Both the position numbers and the translations under genes were made by a program. DNA of 64,000 nt from Anaerolineales bacterium (lineage in GTDB: Bacteria > Chloroflexota > Anaerolineae > 4572-78 > NAK82), in contig CP070811.1 of the NCBI GenBank assembly GCA_020343875.1, positions 1,369,313 through 1,433,312 on the forward strand. Direction: 5' to 3'. The notes beneath the pieces were generated by a model. It was not told the DNA's origin, did not search any database, and worked only from the letters and a program-made list of their open reading frames with translations. Of the stretch, positions 37,632 through 45,915 are shown piece by piece. Position 1 is the stretch's first letter, and each line of letters opens with the position of its first letter.

Positions 37632-39425
37632 ATGTCCTGGCACGCCCGACGGTTGGTTGACCTGGCTGACAGGCTGGCAAGCTGGTTTAACAGGCGCCGT
37701 TACGATACTTTGGCCAGGCACCTGGGACGTTCGCCTGAACTGAGTAATGCAAACCGGCGAGGCTTCGTCATTGTTCAGATTGATGGGTTGGCCTATGATT
37801 ACCTGGTGGAAGCCATAGCCCGAGGTGCAGCACCACGTCTACGCCGTCTTCTGAGCAGCAGCCAGTATCGTCTGGCCCGCTGGCGATGTGGTCTGCCCAG
37901 CACCACTCCCGCGGTGCAGGCTGGCCTGATGTTCGGTAACGCCTTCGACATCCCTGGCTTCCGCTGGTACGAAAAAGACAAGGGTTGGTCGGTGGAGTGC
38001 AAGTTACCGAGGTCTGCGCGTATGCTGCAGGCACGTGTGACCGCCGCCAATCCAGGTATCCTGCGCGGGGGCTCAAGTTACGTCAGCCTCCTTGATGGCG
38101 ACGCAGGCCTGAGTCTGCTTACCCTTGGCTCTCTGGCAGATGGCCGCTTCTTGGAGAACGTAAAAGGAGTCGGCTTCTTGCTGCTTTTTCTCCTCAGCCC
38201 GTTGCGTGTAGCGCGGGTAGCTGCCTTGTCGGTATGGGAATACCTGCGGGACTTCTTCAAGCGGTTGGTGGCCCTCCTCGTCCCAGGCTATTACAGGTCG
38301 CCGCACAACCTCTCGCCCTTCCTAAACGTCATCGTGAACGTCCTGTTTCGAGAATTGCAGACATTTTCGGCCTACCTAGACATCCATCGCGGCACCCCGG
38401 CAATTTTCACTAACTACTACGGCTACGACGAGGCGGCGCATCACTCCGGCCCCAATAGCTCGGAGGCATGGCGTACCTTGCGTGGCATTGACCTTGACAT
38501 CGGGCGCTTGGAGCGTCTAGCGCGCCGGGCACAACGCCGCCAATACGACTTTTACGTCATATCAGACCACGGCCAGACGCTATCCAAGCCCTTTCGCCAG
38601 CTGTATGGCAAAACTCTCGGACAACTCATCGTCGAGAATATCGAGAGCACAGCCTCTATTGACGAGCAGTGGAACACGGGAGAGCAGATGTCCGAGGCAA
38701 AGGCACAGATTTTGCTGGCAGAACTACGCGACATTGAGAAACGTCTGCGCCCGACAGGTGCCCGCCTCCTGCGGGCCGCCCGCCGCTTCATAGATGAACG
38801 GGTGCCATTTCACGAGCAAGCAGAATGGAACCTGGCCCGCCGAAACGACGTGGTGGTGCGAAACTCTGGTTCGCTGGCCCACGTCTATTTCAACGTCAAC
38901 CGTCGGGCACTGAACCTGAGTGACATTGCTCTACTTTATCCACGCCTTCTCACCAGCCTGCTTGAACATCCGGGCATCGGATGGATAGTGGGCCGCCAAG
39001 GGGATCCGGTGGTGGTCATGAACCATGGAGGGACGTTGACGCTGGGAAACTCGGCGCATGTGGAGGGGCATGATCCATTGGCAGGCCTACCGGAGCCCAG
39101 CTATGCTGCGCGCCAATTGCTGCAACTGGCGCACTATCCGCACAGCGGCGACCTGATATTGCTGGGGGCCTGGCACGATGGGCAGGTGGTTGGTTTCGAA
39201 GACCAGGTAGCCAGTCACGGAGGGCTGGGTGGGCCGCAGGACTATCCTTTCATCATTTACCCGTCCAATGCTCCCCCCTCTATTTACGGGCAGGATGGTG
39301 CGGCCTCCCTGTACAAGCATTTCATGCGCTATCATTCCGCGGGAGACGGAGATGCTTCCGATAGTACGTCCGATATCACTTGCCAGGAGTCTCCCTCTCG
39401 ACGCAAGGTGAGTTTGCGGCCCTGA
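37632..39425 (+). CDS. Alkaline-phosphatase-superfamily protein (type I phosphodiesterase/nucleotide pyrophosphatase-like), membrane associated
   Basis: GFVIVQIDGLAYDYL...PSTTPAVQAGLMFG metal/nucleophile region, ...YVISDHGQT..., and internal hydrophobic segments. Confidence 0.6.
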   Translation: MSWHARRLVDLADRLASWFNRRRYDTLARHLGRSPELSNANRRGFVIVQIDGLAYDYLVEAIARGAAPRLRRLLSSSQYRLARWRCGLPSTTPAVQAGLMFGNAFDIPGFRWYEKDKGWSVECKLPRSARMLQARVTAANPGILRGGSSYVSLLDGDAGLSLLTLGSLADGRFLENVKGVGFLLLFLLSPLRVARVAALSVWEYLRDFFKRLVALLVPGYYRSPHNLSPFLNVIVNVLFRELQTFSAYLDIHRGTPAIFTNYYGYDEAAHHSGPNSSEAWRTLRGIDLDIGRLERLARRAQRRQYDFYVISDHGQTLSKPFRQLYGKTLGQLIVENIESTASIDEQWNTGEQMSEAKAQILLAELRDIEKRLRPTGARLLRAARRFIDERVPFHEQAEWNLARRNDVVVRNSGSLAHVYFNVNRRALNLSDIALLYPRLLTSLLEHPGIGWIVGRQGDPVVVMNHGGTLTLGNSAHVEGHDPLAGLPEPSYAARQLLQLAHYPHSGDLILLGAWHDGQVVGFEDQVASHGGLGGPQDYPFIIYPSNAPPSIYGQDGAASLYKHFMRYHSAGDGDASDSTSDITCQESPSRRKVSLRP

Positions 39426-39775
39426 ATGCCAGCAGCATCGCCCCGATCAATCAGGAGTGTGGCAGTGCCGTCGTCATAGTTCAAGTCATGCAAAAACAGA
39501 TACGTCTGGCTTTTGTTTCGCTGTCGCAAATACTCAGATTGGGCGAACCGGTCGAGCCAGATAGTATTACCGCCCTCAAAGCCCAGGTTATCGCGTACTT
39601 CGGTGAGGCCGAAGGCGACCAGTACCTCGTCTACCGGGCCGCGTGCCGATAGTTCGTAGGCCAGGGCCGCACGCCGAATGTCATTGTTGCGCCGGGCACC
39701 CAATCCACCGGTCCCGCAGGCCAGGGCGCTCAGCAGAAATGTGAACAGGATCATAAAAAGGGCTCTGCGTTTCAT
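39332..39775 (-). CDS. Lipoprotein (hypothetical)
   Basis: Signal peptide with lipobox: MKRRALFMILFTFLLSALAC. Confidence 0.55.
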   Translation of the reverse strand: MKRRALFMILFTFLLSALACGTGGLGARRNNDIRRAALAYELSARGPVDEVLVAFGLTEVRDNLGFEGGNTIWLDRFAQSEYLRQRNKSQTYLFLHDLNYDDGTATLLIDRGDAAGIQGRKLTLRREGDSWQVISDVLSEASPSPAE

Positions 39776-39952
39776 CTCGTACCTGTGAATAGTATTTAGT
39801 TCGGAGTTCGCTTAAGTATACTACGCCAACAGCTTCTTTGACAATAACTCGTTGCACGCCGCAGCAATTTATGAAGCTATACAAGTCTGTGTAATAATAT
39901 CTCACCCATGGACCGCAAGGCTAACAGAACTCACCAGGAGGACGCTAACATT

Positions 39953-40588
39953 ATGTCTACTTCAACCCATATGAATATCAGCCATGATCCGAAATCAGCT
40001 CGCCTGTTCAAATCTGACTTCCTTGAATTCTTCACCCACATTCACCCGGCGGTGGTTGTCCTTATCTGGGTTCCAATCGCGCTCTATTTCATAATCGTCG
40101 GGGGCGGGGCCGCCCGGTGGGCGGGCGATGTTCCCTTGGGCCTCCTGATTGGTGTCTTCCTGTGGAGCTTAGCCGAGTATGTGCTGCACCGCTTTGTGTT
40201 TCACTTCCGGCCGCGCACGCCTGCGCAAGAGAAGGCCATCTTCCTCTTTCACGGTGTACACCACTACCAACCACAAGACAAAACCCGCCTGGTGATGCCA
40301 CCGGTGGTCAGTATTCCCCTCGCAATTCTCTTCTACCTCCTCTTTCACCTGACCTTCGGGATCTTGCTCAGGTCATCGCACTGGGTCGCGCCCGCCTTCG
40401 CTGGCTTTATTGTGGGTTACCTTTTCTACGACATCACCCACTATGCAACGCACCACTTCCCAATGCGTCGAGGTATCTGGAAGTTCCTGAAACGTTACCA
40501 TATGCAGCATCATTACAAGACACCTGACCAACGCTTTGGAGTCAGCTCGCCGGTTTGGGATTACGTGTTTGGCACTAGACCAACTTGA
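39953..40588 (+). CDS. Fatty acid hydroxylase / sterol desaturase superfamily membrane protein
   Basis: His boxes HRFVFH, HGVHH and HHFPM...HMQHHY. ATG 39953 is preceded by AGGAGG. Confidence 0.75.
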   Translation: MSTSTHMNISHDPKSARLFKSDFLEFFTHIHPAVVVLIWVPIALYFIIVGGGAARWAGDVPLGLLIGVFLWSLAEYVLHRFVFHFRPRTPAQEKAIFLFHGVHHYQPQDKTRLVMPPVVSIPLAILFYLLFHLTFGILLRSSHWVAPAFAGFIVGYLFYDITHYATHHFPMRRGIWKFLKRYHMQHHYKTPDQRFGVSSPVWDYVFGTRPT

Positions 40589-40606
40589 GCAGGGAGAGAG
40601 AAAAGC

Positions 40607-41023
40607 ATGGTAATTACAAGGGAGTTACTACTGCGTACCCAAGGCAACTGCGACATTCAAGACATCACACCCCAGGTCGAGAAGGCCTTACAAGGCTCGG
40701 GGTTAGAGACAGGGATTGTGACTGTTTTCTGTCCGGGCTCGACGGGAGGCCTGACCACCATTGAGTACGAGAGCGGTGTGGTGGCCGATCTACAAGGAAT
40801 CCTGGACGAGATCGCACCACCCGACCGAGATTACCGCCACCACTTGCGTTGGAAGGACGACAACGGGCATTCCCACCTGCGCTCGGCGCTAATCGGCCCA
40901 TCACTGACAGTGCCTTTTGTAGAAGGCCGGCTCACCCTCGGCAACTGGCAACAAATTGTCTTTCTCGACTTCGACACAAGCGCCAGATCCCGACGGCTGG
41001 TGCTACAAATTCTAGGTGAATAG
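40607..41023 (+). CDS. YjbQ/UPF0047 family protein (secondary thiamine-phosphate synthase-like)
   Basis: DITPQVEKAL...GIVTVFCPGSTGGLTTIEYESG...HSHLRSALIGPSLTVPF..GRLTLGNWQQIVFLDFD. Confidence 0.8.
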   Translation: MVITRELLLRTQGNCDIQDITPQVEKALQGSGLETGIVTVFCPGSTGGLTTIEYESGVVADLQGILDEIAPPDRDYRHHLRWKDDNGHSHLRSALIGPSLTVPFVEGRLTLGNWQQIVFLDFDTSARSRRLVLQILGE

Positions 41024-41116
41024 GAAGCGGGCTTTGAAAGCCCTGGCACCGGCGTCGTGCCAGCCGCCTACCAGGTCCTTCAAGCAGTGGCCAATTGGGC
41101 AACGAAATGATCGGGG

Positions 41117-41929
41117 CTATTCCAAATTCAGCTGCCGACTCACCGACAATCGGATGTCCTGGAAAGCTTCTTCAAGGTAGGGTAAGGCCAGCCAGGCCGA
41201 CCCAATCCCAAAGAGTGCCCCTGTGATGGTACGCAGCTGCCAGTTGCTGGAGCGCAAGCCAACAAGTTGGGTTATACCATCAATCGCCATGGGGACGATG
41301 AAGGCCACGTATCCTTGCCATGGCAAAGGCCTGAGCCGGTTACGCACGAAAGCAAAGAGCATAATTGCCAAGAAGAGCGAGGTATATATCGCCGTGTCAC
41401 GATGGCAATAGGCTATCTGCTGCCCAAATATGAAATAGGAACGCGAAGGCAGTTGATGGCAGGCAAAGCGATAAGCTGAGTAAATCAGATTAGCCGCTCC
41501 AGTGTAACCATTGGCCATCAGAATGGGAGCCAGCAGAGGTAATCCCGCATAAACCCCTATGAAGAAGCCGATGACCGCGATCCAATGCTTGGCAAAGCGA
41601 TAGATCAGCCGGTCTGCCAAAATCACCAGGTCTCTGGCGCGTCCGCTGACCACAGGGTGTGCAGTTTCTCCTGCCCGCTTGTCTGACTCCACTGGGGCAT
41701 CCAGTGCCTGGAGCACGTCGTCTGGCTCGAATGGCCAATACAGACGGGTGCTTTCCCCAACCTCCACCACCGGAATGTGTTCAACAAACAACTTATGCAA
41801 AACTGGATTCTCTTCAATGTCTACAACCTGAACCTCGAACGGCGAGCGCACCGCAGCAGCAGCCAGAATGATCTTTGCCTCTTCGCACAAGTGACAATCT
41901 TCTTTGCTATATAATCGAATGGTCTTCAC
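41117..41929 (-). CDS. Fusion of a glutaredoxin-like (CxxC, DUF836-type) domain with a DUF2085 membrane domain
   Basis: VKTIRLYSKEDCHLCEEAKIIL..., then 4-5 TM segments with FACHQLPSRSY...AYCHRDTAIY. GTG 41929 (GGGAG SD) is preferred so that the gene does not overlap the upstream one. Confidence 0.7.
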   Translation of the reverse strand: MKTIRLYSKEDCHLCEEAKIILAAAAVRSPFEVQVVDIEENPVLHKLFVEHIPVVEVGESTRLYWPFEPDDVLQALDAPVESDKRAGETAHPVVSGRARDLVILADRLIYRFAKHWIAVIGFFIGVYAGLPLLAPILMANGYTGAANLIYSAYRFACHQLPSRSYFIFGQQIAYCHRDTAIYTSLFLAIMLFAFVRNRLRPLPWQGYVAFIVPMAIDGITQLVGLRSSNWQLRTITGALFGIGSAWLALPYLEEAFQDIRLSVSRQLNLE

Positions 41930-41957
41930 AACGATTGACTCCCAACTAACCAGCCCA

Positions 41958-42557
41958 CTATCTGATCCTATCCAATCCCTGCTCAAGCCTGTGGGGCGGC
42001 ATCGGCCCTACGTAACGCGCCACAATCTCACCATCTCGGCTGATGAAGAACGTGGTAGGAATACCTTTCACCTGATAATCGGATGCTACCCTACCTCTTT
42101 CGTCAAGCAGGATGGTGAAAGACATCCCATTTCCCGTGGCGAAACGGCGAACAATGTCCCTAGGTTCCTCAACCGAGATGGCCAGGAAAATGACTTCACC
42201 TCGCTCTCGCTCATGTGCTTCAATCAAGTGAGGTATCTCTGCCTTGCATGGACCACACCAGGTAGCCCAGAAGTTGACCACTACCGGCTGTCCCGAAAAA
42301 TGGCTAAGGGAGACCTGGTTGCCATCCAGGTCGGTCAGAGTAAAGTCAGGGGCAAGACGATCCGCAGCCGCTGCAGCCTGCGGCTTGTCACCAGAGGCCT
42401 GAGCCTCTTCGGATTGGGCATTTGGGTCGGAGGCCACCACTCCAGCCTCTGCGTAGAGAGCCCATGTCACTCCTAAACAGGCCATTAGCACCGCTGCCAG
42501 CATCAGAGTTGCATAAAGGAAGCAGCCTCCGCCAATTCTTTCGCTCAACCATCTCAT
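41958..42557 (-). CDS. TlpA/ResA-like membrane-anchored thioredoxin (thiol:disulfide oxidoreductase)
   Basis: N-terminal TM helix and [20 protein letters not shown] 42557 is preceded by GGAGGTG. Confidence 0.85.
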   Translation of the reverse strand: MRWLSERIGGGCFLYATLMLAAVLMACLGVTWALYAEAGVVASDPNAQSEEAQASGDKPQAAAAADRLAPDFTLTDLDGNQVSLSHFSGQPVVVNFWATWCGPCKAEIPHLIEAHERERGEVIFLAISVEEPRDIVRRFATGNGMSFTILLDERGRVASDYQVKGIPTTFFISRDGEIVARYVGPMPPHRLEQGLDRIR

Positions 42558-42754
42558 GGTGGTCACCTCCCCCCCCACATAGTCCCCGATTGACCGTGAC
42601 CAAGCCACCGAAAACGCCGACGAGATCCACCCACTGCCCATCACCCGCCCCTACTCAGGAGACAAGATAGAAAGGCACCAGACGCCAGGCCGAGTATAGC
42701 ATACCCATCAGCTTGGCACAATTGATACTTTGTTCGGCACTTGCCGAAGCTCGG

Positions 42755-43588
42755 TCACCCGGCTCTCGCGGGGCTACGGTCCGGGCTACTCACCACCGAC
42801 GTACCGGTCAAATAGCCCAGGTAAATCGGTACCAGGGGTAGTACGCAGGGGGACAGGAACGAAAGCAAGCCTGCTAAGAAAGCCAGCGGGACTGAAACCG
42901 TGGTCCCAACTGCAAACCCGCTCTCTACGTTGGAAAGCCATTCGGGCGTAGCGCTGAAGAGGATGTTGAGGCGAGAAAAGGCGCCGCTGACCAGGAACAA
43001 GCCTACGACAATCAGGAGAACACCACTTATCAACTCAATGGCATGCAAGTAACGGTTGATGCGCTTCAGGAAGCCAACGGCTGTGCTAAGCAGGGCGGCC
43101 GTGATCAGAAAAGGCAAGGCCAACCCCATCGAATAGACGAACAACAAAGGAACGGCGCGTCCCGGCTCGGTGTAGGCTAGCGATAAGACCAACCCCAACA
43201 GCGGCCCCACACAAGGTGTCCAGCCAGCGGCAAAGGTAATCCCTACCACCACCGACCGGGCGTAGCTGGGTGAATGATCTTGGTTGATCTGGAGACGGCG
43301 CTCGGGCAATATGATTGAATCAAGCGTGTAATCAACTTTGCCCACCACGTCCTTGAATGGTTTGGCTGCCTCTCCACCCTGTTGGGCCAAACGCACCAGC
43401 GCCTTAAAGAAGCCAGTCATATGCAATCCCAACACAAGCAACAAGATGCCCCCAATGCGGGCCATCGTGTCAGCATATTCATTTAGCAAACTTCCTAGCA
43501 CCGTCGTGGGAATACCAAACAGCAGGACAAAAACAAGCATGAACCCTGCTACAAAGAGCAGTGCATGACTAAAAACATAGACTCTCAC
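42755..43588 (-). CDS. ccdA: CcdA/DsbD-family transmembrane thiol-reductant transporter, apparently circularly permuted (TM1 with the first Cys motif located at the C-terminus)
   Basis: The FAAGWTPCVGPLLG motif (Cys126) precedes LAFLAGLLSFLSPCVLPLVPIYLGYLTG (Cys248). In canonical CcdA the SPCxLP motif is in TM1 and WTPCxGP is in TM4. GTG start follows AGGAG. Confidence 0.7.
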   Translation of the reverse strand: MRVYVFSHALLFVAGFMLVFVLLFGIPTTVLGSLLNEYADTMARIGGILLLVLGLHMTGFFKALVRLAQQGGEAAKPFKDVVGKVDYTLDSIILPERRLQINQDHSPSYARSVVVGITFAAGWTPCVGPLLGLVLSLAYTEPGRAVPLLFVYSMGLALPFLITAALLSTAVGFLKRINRYLHAIELISGVLLIVVGLFLVSGAFSRLNILFSATPEWLSNVESGFAVGTTVSVPLAFLAGLLSFLSPCVLPLVPIYLGYLTGTSVVSSPDRSPARAG

Positions 43589-43603
43589 CGTATCGACTCT
43601 CCT

Positions 43604-43753
43604 CTAGCCTTGGTCTCTCTTCTCCTGACTCTCCAGCAACTGCTCCATCAGTTCCAGATCTCGCCGCAAGCTTTGCTGGCGGCTGAAAATGCTAAAGGCA
43701 AACACAAAAGTTGCAATCCAAAACACGGCGTAGGCTGCTATCATAAAAGTCAT
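43604..43753 (-). CDS. ccmD: CcmD-like haem exporter small membrane protein (49 aa, below ORF-track cutoff)
   Basis: MTFMIAAYAVFWIATFVFAFSIFSRQQSLRRDLELMEQLLESQEKRDQG. The ATG is preceded by AGGAGG, and the ORF sits between ccmC and ccdA. Confidence 0.6.
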   Translation of the reverse strand: MTFMIAAYAVFWIATFVFAFSIFSRQQSLRRDLELMEQLLESQEKRDQG

Positions 43754-43766
43754 AGGTCAATTCCTC

Positions 43767-44483
43767 CTATCGGAAGATTACTTGCTGCTTGAGGTGCTCC
43801 ACCCGGCGTGTCAGCCACTCGGTGCGCGCGCGCAGGGACATCAAGGCGAAGTAAAAGACGGTAAAGGTAAATAAGCAATAGAAGAAGACCATGCGGATGG
43901 TAGGCCCGAGGGTGAAGTCTCCCTGTGCGTCCGCTGAGCCAGCGCCGATCACCACCGGGTGAATTGTTCGCCACCAGCGGATAGCCATAAAGTTGATGGG
44001 CACCGAGAGGAAAGCGACAATGGCAAACACGGCGGCGAAGCGAGCACGCCGCTCTGGATTGTCGATCGCGCCCCGCAACATCAGGTAGCCGATGTACATC
44101 AACCAGCCGATGGCGGCGGTGGTCAGGCGTGGATCCCATGTCCACCAGGTATTCCAGGTCGGTTTGGCCCAGATCGAACCGGTAATCAGGCCCATGGTGG
44201 TGAAAGCAACTCCGATTTCCACCGACGAAAGGCTGATCACATCCCAGCGTTCGTGCCTGGTGATCAGGTATAGCACGCCTGCCCCAGCCGAAACGATGAA
44301 GGCCAGAAAGCCCACCCACCAGGTGGGGACGTGGAAATAGAAAATGCGTTGTGAATACCGTTCCACCGGCGTTTGCAAATTGGCGGGGTCAGGGGCAACG
44401 CCAAAAACCAACACCACAGCCCCCAGCATCAATAAGCCGGCCAAGGCCAGTAGAATGGCCGTCAAAAGATCACTTTTGGTCAT
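43767..44483 (-). CDS. ccmC: Haem exporter/haem-handling protein CcmC
   Basis: WWD motif region: GSIWAKPTWNTWWTWDPRLTT. Confidence 0.9.
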   Translation of the reverse strand: MTKSDLLTAILLALAGLLMLGAVVLVFGVAPDPANLQTPVERYSQRIFYFHVPTWWVGFLAFIVSAGAGVLYLITRHERWDVISLSSVEIGVAFTTMGLITGSIWAKPTWNTWWTWDPRLTTAAIGWLMYIGYLMLRGAIDNPERRARFAAVFAIVAFLSVPINFMAIRWWRTIHPVVIGAGSADAQGDFTLGPTIRMVFFYCLFTFTVFYFALMSLRARTEWLTRRVEHLKQQVIFR

Positions 44484-44489
44484 GCTCCA

Positions 44490-45164
44490 TTACTCCTCCA
44501 TCACGTAATCGAACAGTATAAAGGCCAAAGCCATGAAGATCAAGTCGAAAGCAACCAGCAGGCTGAACCAGTTCTGCACCTCATCAAAAGCCAGACGATC
44601 AAGAATGGCTGCCGTTAGCTTGACGGCAGCCAACATCACGGGGATGACTACCGGGAAGAGTAAAACAGGCAGCAGCACTTCCCGCGCTCGGGTGTGAATC
44701 GCCATGGCTGAGAACAGAGTACCCACGCCAGCAAAGCCGATCGTCCCCAAAAGCATCACCCCTAGCAGCCAGGGTATGTCTGCGGCCGATAGATTGAACA
44801 GCACCACAAAGATGGGCAGGATGATGATTTCGACCACAGTAATGAAGAGCACGTTGCCCAGCATTTTACCCAGGTAGATAGCACTCCGATCCACTGGCGT
44901 CAGCAAAAGACCTTCCATCGAGCCCCGATCCTTCTCCATAATGAACGAGCGTGACAGGCCGAGCATCCCAGCAAAGGCGATAGCCACCCACAAAACACCT
45001 GGCGCCAGTGTCCTCTGATTCTCGGCGCGTAGATCGAAGGCGAAGTTAAAGATCAAGATGACCAGCAGCGAGAACACAAACATCGAACTGAGCATCTCGC
45101 GTGTACGCAGTTCAGCGACCACGTCTTTGGCTATGACGGCGAAGATTTTGTGAAGATAGCGCAT
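44490..45164 (-). CDS. ccmB: Haem exporter permease CcmB
   Basis: 224 aa, 6 TM. It sits between ccmA and ccmC. Confidence 0.8.
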   Translation of the reverse strand: MRYLHKIFAVIAKDVVAELRTREMLSSMFVFSLLVILIFNFAFDLRAENQRTLAPGVLWVAIAFAGMLGLSRSFIMEKDRGSMEGLLLTPVDRSAIYLGKMLGNVLFITVVEIIILPIFVVLFNLSAADIPWLLGVMLLGTIGFAGVGTLFSAMAIHTRAREVLLPVLLFPVVIPVMLAAVKLTAAILDRLAFDEVQNWFSLLVAFDLIFMALAFILFDYVMEE

Positions 45165-45213
45165 GGGGGCTACCAGTTATGAGTAAGGCACACCACTCGT
45201 GGCTCGCTACTCG

Positions 45214-45912
45214 TTACCCTTCCACAGATTGGTAGTACACTTCCCGAAACTGCCTCGCGTCCAGCTCTGACTTATCAGCCTGATAAGCGATGCGACCACC
45301 AGCCAAGATGGCTACCCGATCTCCTAATTCCAGGCCCCGTTCCAGGTTGTGGGTCGTCATCAAGACTGTTCGATGCGTGGCCCCAACCTCGTGGAGCAAG
45401 TTGCTCAGCATGGCAGCTGCGTGCTGGTCCAGGCCGGTGTCCGGCTCATCCAGGAGCAGGATAGGGGGGTCGTGGAGCATCGCGCGGGCAATCGCCAGGC
45501 GTTGCTGCATACCCCGCGAGTAAGTGCGCACCGGGTCGCGCTGGCGCCCCCATAGCCCGACACGGCGCAGCACCGTTTCAATTCGGGTGTTCACGTTGGG
45601 TACGTCATACATACGCGCATAAAAATGCAAATTCTGCTCGGCGCTCAGGTCATCGTACAGCAGCGTTTTGTGCGACACCAATCCAATCTGCCGCCGCACC
45701 TCAACGGCACCGTCAGCCAAGTTGTAGCCACTCACCCGCACCTGCCCGGCCGTCGGCTTGCTAAGCGTTGAAATTACACTCATCAGCGTAGTCTTGCCCG
45801 CGCCGTTAGGTCCCACTAGGGTCAAAAACTCCCCCTCGGCCACCGTCAGATCCACGCCCTTAAGAACGGCTCGATTGCCGAACGCCTTAACCAGTTTGCG
45901 AATTTCTATCAT
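45214..45912 (-). CDS. ccmA: Haem exporter ATP-binding protein CcmA
   Basis: Walker A GPNGAGKTT, signature SRGMQQRLAIA, Walker B ILLLDEPDTGLD. Confidence 0.85.
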   Translation of the reverse strand: MIEIRKLVKAFGNRAVLKGVDLTVAEGEFLTLVGPNGAGKTTLMSVISTLSKPTAGQVRVSGYNLADGAVEVRRQIGLVSHKTLLYDDLSAEQNLHFYARMYDVPNVNTRIETVLRRVGLWGRQRDPVRTYSRGMQQRLAIARAMLHDPPILLLDEPDTGLDQHAAAMLSNLLHEVGATHRTVLMTTHNLERGLELGDRVAILAGGRIAYQADKSELDARQFREVYYQSVEG

Positions 45913-45915
45913 AAC

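Noticed and set aside
43750-44319. 189-aa ORF and other ORFs overlapping ccmC (43750..44319-, 43959..44273+)
   Set aside because: These are alternative frames of a gene with a clear CcmC WWD motif. The translations are Arg/His-rich and non-protein-like.
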